Below are positions 45,344-54,455 of a stretch of DNA of 64,000 nucleotides, one piece after another. A program made the translations under genes and the position numbers. How positions within the stretch are numbered: position 1 is the stretch's first letter; each line of letters opens with the position of its first letter. The notes beneath the pieces are model-generated. The model was given only the letters and a program-made list of their open reading frames with translations, was not told the DNA's origin and searched no databases. This stretch comes from Pseudomonadales bacterium (GTDB lineage: Bacteria > Pseudomonadota > Gammaproteobacteria > Pseudomonadales > JAHRWD01). The stretch lies in the NCBI GenBank assembly GCA_029210125.1, contig JARGPR010000002.1, positions 18,919 through 82,918 of the forward strand. The letters are read 5' to 3'.

Positions 45344-48300
45344 CTAAGCGATTCTTTCCCGGCGTTTATTTTCCAGTCGATAATAAAACAGTGGTAACAG
45401 GTATAAGGTGGTGATGGTGGAGGTGATAAGCCCTCCTATGACCACGATGGCCAGCGGTTTTTGTACTTCGGCACCTGGGCCGGTGGCAAATACCAGGGGT
45501 GCCAGACCGAACATGGCGGTTGTCGCGGTCATTAATACGGGGCGTAAGCGGCGAACTGATCCAGTAATAATGCGTTGTTGTAATTCTGGCACGACAAACC
45601 GTATTTGCTCGAAGTAGCTAATCATCACTACGCCGTTAAGCACCGCCACCCCTAATAGTGCGATAAAGCCGACGGATGCGGGTACAGATAAATAAGCACC
45701 ACTGATAAACAGCGCAAAAACGCCTCCCATCACCGCAAAAGGAATATTAGCAAGTATCAAGCTGGCTTTACTTAGTGAGCGAAAGGTGGTGAATAGAATA
45801 ATAAGCACCAGTGTGAGCGCTACCGGTACAACGATAAGCAGGTTGGTCATGGCGCGTTGTTGATTTTCAAACTCTCCGCCATAGACGATGGTGTAGCCGG
45901 TTGGCAGAGTGATCTGCTGGTTTATTTTTGCACTCAATTCATCCACAAAACTCACTACGCCTCTACCGGTGACGTTGGATGTGACAACGGCAAAGCGATT
46001 GCCTTTTTCACGCTCAATCAGCAAAGGGCCGTGCTTATAGTTCACTCGTGCAATATCTTGCAGGGTTGCCAGGCGATGATCAGGCATCACTAACAAGCGC
46101 GCTTTTAATTGTTTAATGGTATTAATGGATGATTCGCTTTCTTGCCCTATAGCAAGAACCAATGGGGTTTTTTTCTTACCTTGAACAATTTCTGAAATGC
46201 TGACGCCTTCTAATTGAGATTTAAGGTAACGACTGAATTCGACAACAGACATGCCGTATTGTTGAGCGATTTCTGGCATCAATTCGATATTAAGATAGCG
46301 GCCCCCTTCGATAGTGGATGCCTGCACATCAACACTACCTTCGGTGTCGCGGGCGATGTCGATAATGCTGGCGGTTAACGATGCCAGTTTCTCAATTTCG
46401 TTACCAAATACTTTAATACTGACATCACCCGTGCTGCCGGTTAGCATTTCGGTGGTGCGCATTTGAATGGGTTGAGTAAAACCGATATTCATACCGGGGA
46501 AACCTTCGAGCACCTTTCTTATTTCCTGAATCAGTGCTTCCTTGTCATTAAAGCGCCATTGTTCTGAGGGTTTTAATTCCATAAAAATATCGGTTTCATT
46601 TAAACCCATTGGGTCAAGGCCCATTTCGTCTGAACCGGTGCGTGCAACAATTTGTGCAATTTCGGGAATGTTATCTAATAGTGCTCGTTCAACTTGTTGG
46701 TCTAACTCAATAGAGCTTTGTAATGAAATGTTCGGCGATTTTTCCAATTGAACAATGATGTCGCCTTCATCCAGTACCGGCATAAAGGCTTTTTCTAATT
46801 GCGTAAATAAGCCTGCGCTGATAAATAAAATTAGCAATAGGGTAATAATGAGCCCCCGTGGTTGATGCAGCGCCTTTACTAAACTACGTCGATAAATGCT
46901 CTGTAGTTTGACCACAAGCCAGGGCTCTTTGCTTGCACCGGGTTTAATCAGCAGGGAGGCAATGGTGGGGATTACAGTCAGTGATAGGACTAAAGCAGAC
47001 AACATTGCGAATACAATGGTGAGTGCGACTGGAGAAAATAACTTGCCCTCCAGGCCCTGCAGTGTCATTAGAGGCGAAAAAACAATCATTACAATAAGGG
47101 TGCCTGAAAAAACCGGCACGGCAACTTCTTTGCTGGCTCTATAAATTAAATGCAGGCGTGGTAGGCGGCTATTTTTTTCGAGTTGGTTGACGATGTTTTC
47201 AACCACGACAACAGAGGAGTCCACGATCATTCCAATGGCAATCACCAACCCCCCCAGGCTCATTAAATTTGCGGATAAATTCATTTTTTCCATCAAGAAA
47301 AATGTAGAGAGCGCTGCGAGGGGTAAGGACAGTGAAACCACCACGGCGGAACGTACATCACCCAAAAATATTGCTAACAGCAGGATAACTAAAACAACTG
47401 ATTGAGCTAACGCGATAGATAGTGTGTTGACGGCGGTATTAATTAAATTGCTGCGGTCGTAGAAAACATTCAACTGGGTGCCTGCCGGCAGAGATGCTTC
47501 AATGGCAGATAGCTTTTCCTTAACGCCCTTTACCACTTCGGCGGTATTGCTATTTTTTAATGCGATGACCAGTGCCTCGGTGGTTTCTGCGCCATCTCGG
47601 GTGACTGCGCCATAGCGGGCGAGGTGGCCGATGCCAATTTCTGCAACATCTTTTAGCCGATATATTTTTTGGCCATCGACTTTCACAACCAAGTTTTTTA
47701 GTTTTTGTAGGTCATCAATTCGCCCTTCGGATCTGACAATGAGGGCATCATTGCCCTTGATTAAACGCCCCGCTCCGCCATTCACATTGTTGTTGAGAAT
47801 GGCGGCTTCAAGGCTTGAAAAATTGAGCCCCGCATTCGCTAGTCGTACTGCATCAGGGGTGATCTGAAAGGTTTTGGCGTAGCCCCCCAGTACATTCACA
47901 TCGGCAACACCGGGAACGGTGCGTAATAGAGGGCGAATTTCCCAGTCCAACAGCTGGCGTCGTTCAAGGAGCGATAAATTGGGGTTTTCAATGGAAAACA
48001 TAAAAATTTCGCTGAGTGGTGTACTCATAGGGGCGATGCCGCCGTTTATATCAGCAGGCAAGTTTTCCCAGAGATTTGATAAGCGCTCGTTGACCTGTTG
48101 ACGTGCCCAATAAATATCTGTGCCATCGTCAAAATCGAGGGTGATATCTGTAATGGCATATTTGGTGGTGGAGCGCAGCATCTGTTGAGCAGGTATGCCA
48201 AGAAGCTCCGTTTCAATTGGCTGGGTAATTTGTGCTTCAATTTCTTCTGCGGTCATACCCGGCGCTTTGATGATAATTTTAACTTGCGTCGGTGAGATGT

Positions 48301-48424
48301 CGGGAAAGGCGTCTATGGGAATATTTAGCCATGCTCTGGCGCCCAGGGCGACAAAGGTTGCTGCGACGATCAGTACAAAAAGTCGCTGGGTAAGGGAAAA
48401 TCGCAGAATGGAGTTTAGTATCAT
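45344..48424 (-). CDS. CusA/CzcA-family heavy-metal-efflux RND permease
   Basis: 1026 aa. N-terminus 'ILRFSLTQRLFVLIVAATFVALGARAWLNIPIDAFPDISPTQV', 'DIYWARQQVNERL', and TM4 motif 'AIGMIVDSSVVVVEN'. Confidence 0.9.
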   Translation of the reverse strand: MILNSILRFSLTQRLFVLIVAATFVALGARAWLNIPIDAFPDISPTQVKIIIKAPGMTAEEIEAQITQPIETELLGIPAQQMLRSTTKYAITDITLDFDDGTDIYWARQQVNERLSNLWENLPADINGGIAPMSTPLSEIFMFSIENPNLSLLERRQLLDWEIRPLLRTVPGVADVNVLGGYAKTFQITPDAVRLANAGLNFSSLEAAILNNNVNGGAGRLIKGNDALIVRSEGRIDDLQKLKNLVVKVDGQKIYRLKDVAEIGIGHLARYGAVTRDGAETTEALVIALKNSNTAEVVKGVKEKLSAIEASLPAGTQLNVFYDRSNLINTAVNTLSIALAQSVVLVILLLAIFLGDVRSAVVVSLSLPLAALSTFFLMEKMNLSANLMSLGGLVIAIGMIVDSSVVVVENIVNQLEKNSRLPRLHLIYRASKEVAVPVFSGTLIVMIVFSPLMTLQGLEGKLFSPVALTIVFAMLSALVLSLTVIPTIASLLIKPGASKEPWLVVKLQSIYRRSLVKALHQPRGLIITLLLILFISAGLFTQLEKAFMPVLDEGDIIVQLEKSPNISLQSSIELDQQVERALLDNIPEIAQIVARTGSDEMGLDPMGLNETDIFMELKPSEQWRFNDKEALIQEIRKVLEGFPGMNIGFTQPIQMRTTEMLTGSTGDVSIKVFGNEIEKLASLTASIIDIARDTEGSVDVQASTIEGGRYLNIELMPEIAQQYGMSVVEFSRYLKSQLEGVSISEIVQGKKKTPLVLAIGQESESSINTIKQLKARLLVMPDHRLATLQDIARVNYKHGPLLIEREKGNRFAVVTSNVTGRGVVSFVDELSAKINQQITLPTGYTIVYGGEFENQQRAMTNLLIVVPVALTLVLIILFTTFRSLSKASLILANIPFAVMGGVFALFISGAYLSVPASVGFIALLGVAVLNGVVMISYFEQIRFVVPELQQRIITGSVRRLRPVLMTATTAMFGLAPLVFATGPGAEVQKPLAIVVIGGLITSTITTLYLLPLFYYRLENKRRERIA

Positions 48425-49491
48425 TATTCTGCTCCTAGTCCTAGCAGTATGCCTTGTGCGGCACTGACCGATGAGGTGAGAACCTCTCGTTCTGATAGCT
48501 CTGTCGTTGCACTAATCAGGTAGTGTTTTTTTTCACTAGAAATAAGTTGCACAGGAATAGCCTGGAGTGAGTGGTTGCTTTTTATCCATATGTGGTTTTT
48601 GTCTTGCCATTCAAATACGGCTTGCTGAGGGATGCGGAAGGCGGAGGCGCTAAAAAAAGGTTTTACTCGCACGGCTTGCCCAAGTTTTAACGCACAGTTG
48701 GACGGCAATGGTTTTGACCAGGCTTCGAGAAAGACATTCTGCGCTACATTACCGACGCGATTGATTTCTACTTGGCAGTGTTCGGGGCTGAGGTTTTCTA
48801 CTTGAAGGTAGGAAAGCGGATCCGTGTAGCGAATGGGTAGCGCGAGATTCAAAGCAAGAGAGGAGGAGCTCATAAATTCGGCAAGCGTTCCACCCGATTG
48901 GAATGTGCCCTTGTTGGAATAGCTTATTATACCGTTAATCGGTGCGGCCAGTGTCAGAGACGGGGCTGTTTCATCTTTATGGATCACTAAGGTAAAAAAA
49001 TGGCGTAGGTGTTCGTACTCTAACTTCGCTTGATAATATTCTCTGCTGATGTCTATCCATAGGCTTTCATTGATGGCTTGTTTGTTAAGCAGTGTTTTAT
49101 TATTTTTATAACGCTTTTTGCGCAATAAATAGTCGGCCTTTTTGCCTTCGAATTCGTTGACGAGATGATGTACCGCTGGCCCACGAATGACTAACACGGC
49201 CTCACCCGTGGTAACGTGTTTGCCTTGTGCAAACAGGAAGTCTACCTGCTGAATATCCATCGGCGCTAAAAGGGGGTGGCTTTTTCCTGGGATGGAGGAA
49301 ACCTCTGCAGGCAAGTATTCGCCTGGATAGTGGGTCACTTTTTTCGCTTTCTGAAAGTTGATGTCCAGCTGCCCTAAGTCTTCAATCGCCAGCATTATTG
49401 GTTTTTCTATCGACGGTGTTTCAGCATAGATCCAGCTTGAAAAAAGGAGTGCTATGAGGCTGGCAATACGTATTTTGTTGGTGTTGTTCAT
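48424..49491 (-). CDS. divergent efflux periplasmic adaptor (CzcB/CusB-like)
   Basis: 355 aa with a signal peptide. It lies between the OMF and pump genes and overlaps both (the 4-nt ATGA junction with the OMF gene and a 1-nt overlap with the pump gene). Beta-rich with a short hairpin. Assignment rests mostly on context. Confidence 0.55.
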   Translation of the reverse strand: MNNTNKIRIASLIALLFSSWIYAETPSIEKPIMLAIEDLGQLDINFQKAKKVTHYPGEYLPAEVSSIPGKSHPLLAPMDIQQVDFLFAQGKHVTTGEAVLVIRGPAVHHLVNEFEGKKADYLLRKKRYKNNKTLLNKQAINESLWIDISREYYQAKLEYEHLRHFFTLVIHKDETAPSLTLAAPINGIISYSNKGTFQSGGTLAEFMSSSSLALNLALPIRYTDPLSYLQVENLSPEHCQVEINRVGNVAQNVFLEAWSKPLPSNCALKLGQAVRVKPFFSASAFRIPQQAVFEWQDKNHIWIKSNHSLQAIPVQLISSEKKHYLISATTELSEREVLTSSVSAAQGILLGLGAE

Positions 49492-50753
49492 AGTGAAATT
49501 CCTGCTGCCTGCCGAAGCATTGCGTGGTTTTGATGGATCAATATTTGGTTTAAAGATGCTGCTGCTTGGCTATCAATGGCATCTAAAGTGCGACGTATGA
49601 TGATTTCCGGATTGAGCTCGTTGCGTGCTGATAAAGACTGAACTTGCACATTGATACCTTTCGCAAGAGAGACATTTTCAGCGAGAAGCGTTTGCTGCTG
49701 TTGTAGTGACCTCGATGCCTGTATGCGTTGTTGCCATTCATCGAGTAGCGCTAGAAATAGTTCGCTTCGCTGTTGCTGGTAGCTAGTTCGCGCGTTGATA
49801 TGCTCGCTTCGGTGGGACTGGGCGTTACGCTTAAAAAAAGTCAGTGGCACCTGTAGTCCCACACCGAGCTGCGTTTCTGTAAACCCAGAGGTATCGATTT
49901 CCTTAGCGGAAATAGCCAGTGCCCATGGTTCAGCCCGACTACTGCTGATTTGCAGCATGGTTTGATGTTGACGCCACTGAGCGTCTAAGGCCAGCAAGGC
50001 GGGATGACCCTCCAGCAAGGAGGTTTCTGGGCGCATCGCTAAACTGGGTGTGTCCTCAAGAACAGAGGCGGGCAGCGAGTCCAGGCCTGTGGTTTGTCGG
50101 TAGGATGCGAGCCATCGGCTTGCTTCTTGTTGTGCCCGCAATGTGTCAAGTTCGGTGCTGGTAATCTCCTTCTGAACCATCAACAGGGCATAACGAGGGA
50201 TGGCGTTGACCTTAAGAAGTTCCGTTTGGCGTTTTTCCAAGTCACCGAGCACGCGTAACTTTTCTTTGCCACTCTGGTGTTTAAATTGGGCGATGCGATA
50301 AGACCAGATGGCTTTACGGATAAGCCCGGAATAGTAAAGCGCCTGCAAGGCAGTGGCTTGTTCCTGGCCTGAAGCCGTTAGTGCCCGCAATCGTTTATCG
50401 GCCTGGTACTGGTACCGGGATTTGAGGGGCAAGTTGAGGCTCAATTCGGTTTCGTTACTACCCAGCTGTTCACGGCTATCAAGATAGTTGGCGCTGATAC
50501 TCGGTGAAGCGGCAAGCCATTGGTAAGCACGGTGAGAAGCTGTTTGGCCAGTATCTGATTGGACAAGGCCCTTTTTTATGGCGGCATCAAGAGCATCCCT
50601 TAAAGTAATCTGTGTGGCCTGGCCGGGGCTATTTGTTAACTGATCGGAGAGAGCGCTTAGCGGACAAACAATTAGCGCTGCGGCCAGGCATCCTGATAAC
50701 CGCAATCTTCGAAGGTGAAGGGTAAGGAAGGCAGTCGGGTGGATAATTTTCAT
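49488..50753 (-). CDS. TolC/CzcC-family outer-membrane efflux protein
   Basis: 421 aa with a signal peptide and two repeated halves of long helical segments typical of OMFs. It is the first gene of the three-gene efflux operon. Confidence 0.7.
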   Translation of the reverse strand: MKIIHPTAFLTLHLRRLRLSGCLAAALIVCPLSALSDQLTNSPGQATQITLRDALDAAIKKGLVQSDTGQTASHRAYQWLAASPSISANYLDSREQLGSNETELSLNLPLKSRYQYQADKRLRALTASGQEQATALQALYYSGLIRKAIWSYRIAQFKHQSGKEKLRVLGDLEKRQTELLKVNAIPRYALLMVQKEITSTELDTLRAQQEASRWLASYRQTTGLDSLPASVLEDTPSLAMRPETSLLEGHPALLALDAQWRQHQTMLQISSSRAEPWALAISAKEIDTSGFTETQLGVGLQVPLTFFKRNAQSHRSEHINARTSYQQQRSELFLALLDEWQQRIQASRSLQQQQTLLAENVSLAKGINVQVQSLSARNELNPEIIIRRTLDAIDSQAAASLNQILIHQNHAMLRQAAGISL

Positions 50754-50884
50754 CTAGCTTTGCTCCGGTATTGTCTGCGCTCTACTCTACTGGGTTGGAG
50801 GTACAACGCATTGGACAAATGGCCCGATTTGGGTCATGGTACATATGCCTAATGATTATTAACGTATTGTTTTACAAGGGTTTT

Positions 50885-51400
50885 ATGAAAGACAAGGTTG
50901 TTGCGGTAGTACTTTTTGTTGTTATGATCCTCAATTGCTTTGACGTGATTACTGATATCCATCTAGGGGTGCCGCTTTGGCATATTTTGGAAGAATCGCT
51001 GATTGTTTTGGTATCAGGTTTATGTGCGGTCTATGTGGTGTTTGAAATGCACCAGCGTAGCCAAAAGCTCCATGGCATTGCCGCTCGTCTTGCCCATGCG
51101 GATCAAGAGCTGAAAAATATTACCGAAGATATGCGTGTTGCCCGCAGTCAATACAGCGAGGTTATACACCAGCAGTTTAAAGCCTGGGCATTGACGGAAG
51201 GTGAGCAGCAAGTGGGTCTACTGCTACTTAAAGGTTTGAGCTTCAAAGAAATTGCAGAAGTCAGAAACACCAAGGAAAAAACGGTTCGCCAGCAGGCATC
51301 TGGCTTGTATGCGAAGGCCGGTTTGGAAGGGCGGCATGAGTTTTCTGCCTGGTTTTTGGAAGACTTTCTGAGTCACTCTCAAGCACAAGAAGCGCCTTAA
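50885..51400 (+). CDS. membrane-anchored LuxR/GerE-family transcriptional regulator
   Basis: Two N-terminal TMS ('VVAVVLFVVMILNCFDVI', 'LIVLVSGLCAVYVVFEM') followed by a GerE HTH ('LLLKGLSFKEIAEVRNTKEKTVRQQASGLYAKAG'). Divergent from the efflux operon. Confidence 0.8.
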   Translation: MKDKVVAVVLFVVMILNCFDVITDIHLGVPLWHILEESLIVLVSGLCAVYVVFEMHQRSQKLHGIAARLAHADQELKNITEDMRVARSQYSEVIHQQFKAWALTEGEQQVGLLLLKGLSFKEIAEVRNTKEKTVRQQASGLYAKAGLEGRHEFSAWFLEDFLSHSQAQEAP

Positions 51401-51696
51401 GCTCTCTGGGTGTTTGAGGAGTTTGCCTTGGTTAAGCCTATGTTTTTAAAAGTCTGAAAGAGAGCTTATGCTGCATACGAACAGAGGTGTTGAATACCGA
51501 GGGGTAAAATACCAGAAAGCTCTTAAGCGACCTGGTATCTTGCACAGTTTGAACCGCTCGGTAAATGTACCGACAATGCTCATATGGAATCACTCCTCCA
51601 TGCATTGAAGGCGGAGTTAATCCGAGGAACCCACTTTCAGTCACGCGAAAATTTGAAGATAGTTCGTTTTTACGTATCTTGTATAAGGAAACCAGA

Positions 51697-54426
51697 ATGA
51701 AACCACCCGTATCCAACTCAGATAGTCATGCGCCTTTACGAAACGATATTCGTCTTCTGGGTGGTTTGCTAGGGGAAACCATTCAGGAACAAAACGGGAA
51801 TCAGGTTTTTGAGTTAGTCGAGCAAATCCGAAGGTTCTCAAAGGATGCGTCAGCGGATAATGCCAATTCATATCAACAGCTTGAGCAGTTGCTGACGGCA
51901 CTTCCGGACGACCAGTTGATTCCCATTGTTCGCTCCTTCGGACTGATGTTAAATCTGATGAATATCGCTGAGGAGTACCACCGGGTTCGGCGATTACGTG
52001 GCACCGGTCACCACAGCAGTCCCGGCGGCCATCGCAAATCCTTGCCACAGCTGCTGACCCACCTCGAAAGCCAGGGTATACCTAAATCACGTATTTCCGA
52101 ATCGATTGAAAATCTGACTATTGAGTTAGTGCTTACTGCTCATCCTACTGAGGTTTCTCGCCGAACGGTGAGTCAAAAATATGACCGTATTGCAGATCAT
52201 CTCGAAACCCTCGACCAGGTAAACCTGTCCGACTACAAGCGCAATACAATCAAAAACGAGCTGCGCCGAGAGATCGCCTCGTTATGGGCAACGGATGAAA
52301 TTCGGCATAACAAACCAACTCCCGTCGACGAAGCCAAATGGGGCATCACCACCATCGAGCAAACCCTGTGGACCACAGTCCCGGAGTTACTCAGACAGCT
52401 CAGTACCCATCTGAATGAACAGCTAGGCGAGGGATTAAGCATTGATGCCGCCCCGATCCGTTTCGCTTCCTGGATGGGTGGCGACCGTGACGGCAATCCC
52501 AATGTCACAGCAGAAACCACTGATCAGGTTTGCTGGCTATCTCGCTGGCAGGCAGCGGAATTATTGCGAAAGGATATCGAGCAACTACGTTCCGAGCTTT
52601 CAATGTCGAGCTGTAGTGACGAGTTACGTGAAGTGGTGGGTAATCACCCAGAGCCCTATCGGCAGTTACTACGTGGGATAGTCAACCGGCTTGTAATAAC
52701 CCGAGATGCCTTAACAGCAAAGATCAACGGCGAACCCGCTGTTGACGAAGGTGCGATCTATTCCGATGTTGATGAGCTCAAACAATCGTTACTGCTTTGC
52801 TATCGCTCACTAATCAGCCAGGGCATGGGCATCATTGCCGATGGCCGATTGACGGATATTATTAGATGCATCAATTGCTTTGGTTTGAACTTAACACCAC
52901 TGGATATCCGTCAGGAATCATCGCGCCACGCTGAGGTACTGGATGCGGTGACCCGTTATATCGGTATCGGCCATTATTCCGAGTGGAGCGAAACCAGGAA
53001 GCTGGCCTTTTTGACTGAGGAGCTGAAGCAACAACGACCATTGATCCCCGCCGTTTTTTTGAATCAAACCGTCGATTCAGAATGGGTGAATTCGCTGCAT
53101 CAGCAAGTCGATTATTCTATCGATAACGTTTATGAGGTGTTAAAAACCTGCCAGACCATTTGCAAACATCCACGCAGTAGTTTTGCCAACTACATCATTT
53201 CAATGGCCCACTCTGGCTCAGATGTACTGGCAGTAATGTTGTTGCAACGGGAAGCAGGTGTCACTGATCCGTTGCCGGTAATGCCCTTGTTTGAAACACT
53301 CAATGACCTCGAAAATGCACCGGAGATTATTAATAACTTATTCCAAACTAAAGGTTATCTAGAATCGATAAATCGATGCCAACAGATCATGGTCGGGTAC
53401 TCTGATTCAGCCAAGGATGCGGGATTTTTAGCTGCCTCATGGGCGCAATACCAGGCTCAGGAAAAGCTGGTAGACATATGCCGTGCTAATCACGTGCAGC
53501 TACGTTTGTTTCATGGCCGTGGCGGATCCATGAGTCGTGGTGGTGGCTCTGCCCACGACGCACTGCTCTCGCAGCCTCCTGGAGCGGTAAAGGGTTATGT
53601 ACGTATCACTGAACAGGGTGAGATGATTCGCTTTAAGTTCGGCCTGCCCGGCATCGCATTCAGAACGCTAGAGCTATACACCTGCGCAACCCTGGAAGCG
53701 ACTTTGCTGCCGCCGCCAAAACCTTCGGATCAATGGCGTGAATTGATGGACAGGCTGACCACCTACTCGCTGGAAAGTTATCGAAACGAGATCCAGAACC
53801 CGAAATTTTTGGAATATTTTCACAATGCAACACCAGAGCAAGAGTTACAGCGCCTTTCGCTTGGCAGCCGCCCAGCCAAAAGAAAATCCAGTGGAGGCAT
53901 TGAAAGTTTGCGCGCAATTCCCTGGGTCTTTGCCTGGACTCAGACTCGCTTACTAATTCCCGCATGGCTCGGCTCCGATAGCGCACTCGAGAAAGCGGTC
54001 AATGATGGTGATCTAGAGCTGATCCAAAAAATGTCAGCCGACTGGCCCTATTTTTCTTCAATTATCGATATGTTGGAGATGGTACTGGCAAAAGCGGAAC
54101 CATTGGTTTCCGAATACTATGAGCAGCGTTTAGTTGACGAGTCGATGCAGGAAGTGGGCACACAACTTCGAACTCGTCTCGCATCGGTGGTGAATTCAGT
54201 CAACAAGGTACGGGGCTCAGAACAACTACTGCAGGGAAGCCCGGTAATACAGCATTCGATAAAAGTAAGAAACCCTTATGTCATGCCGTTACATTTTTTA
54301 CAGGCTGAAATCATGAGGCAACTGCGCTTAGCAGAAGAAAGCAGCCCAATATCCAAAGATATTTATGAACAGGTACTAAAAATATCGATTACCAGTATTG
54401 CGGCAGGAATGCGTAATACTGGTTGA
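51697..54426 (+). CDS. ppc: phosphoenolpyruvate carboxylase
   Basis: 'LRNDIRLLGGLLGETI' N-terminus, 'VLTAHPTE', 'GYSDSAKDAG', 'FHGRGGSMSRGGG' and the C-terminal 'GMRNTG'. Start at ATG 51697. Confidence 0.95.
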   Translation: MKPPVSNSDSHAPLRNDIRLLGGLLGETIQEQNGNQVFELVEQIRRFSKDASADNANSYQQLEQLLTALPDDQLIPIVRSFGLMLNLMNIAEEYHRVRRLRGTGHHSSPGGHRKSLPQLLTHLESQGIPKSRISESIENLTIELVLTAHPTEVSRRTVSQKYDRIADHLETLDQVNLSDYKRNTIKNELRREIASLWATDEIRHNKPTPVDEAKWGITTIEQTLWTTVPELLRQLSTHLNEQLGEGLSIDAAPIRFASWMGGDRDGNPNVTAETTDQVCWLSRWQAAELLRKDIEQLRSELSMSSCSDELREVVGNHPEPYRQLLRGIVNRLVITRDALTAKINGEPAVDEGAIYSDVDELKQSLLLCYRSLISQGMGIIADGRLTDIIRCINCFGLNLTPLDIRQESSRHAEVLDAVTRYIGIGHYSEWSETRKLAFLTEELKQQRPLIPAVFLNQTVDSEWVNSLHQQVDYSIDNVYEVLKTCQTICKHPRSSFANYIISMAHSGSDVLAVMLLQREAGVTDPLPVMPLFETLNDLENAPEIINNLFQTKGYLESINRCQQIMVGYSDSAKDAGFLAASWAQYQAQEKLVDICRANHVQLRLFHGRGGSMSRGGGSAHDALLSQPPGAVKGYVRITEQGEMIRFKFGLPGIAFRTLELYTCATLEATLLPPPKPSDQWRELMDRLTTYSLESYRNEIQNPKFLEYFHNATPEQELQRLSLGSRPAKRKSSGGIESLRAIPWVFAWTQTRLLIPAWLGSDSALEKAVNDGDLELIQKMSADWPYFSSIIDMLEMVLAKAEPLVSEYYEQRLVDESMQEVGTQLRTRLASVVNSVNKVRGSEQLLQGSPVIQHSIKVRNPYVMPLHFLQAEIMRQLRLAEESSPISKDIYEQVLKISITSIAAGMRNTG

Positions 54427-54455
54427 TAGTAAAACCGAAAACGCCCCTGTATAAA

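Noticed and set aside
51565-51696. Several track ORFs have upstream-extended starts: ppc at 51565, and likewise 1547, 3945, 22749, 27488, 44050, 50771 and 58685.
   Set aside because: The extensions add non-conserved residues and often overlap neighbouring genes. Internal ATGs reproduce the known N-termini of the families, so I used the shorter starts.
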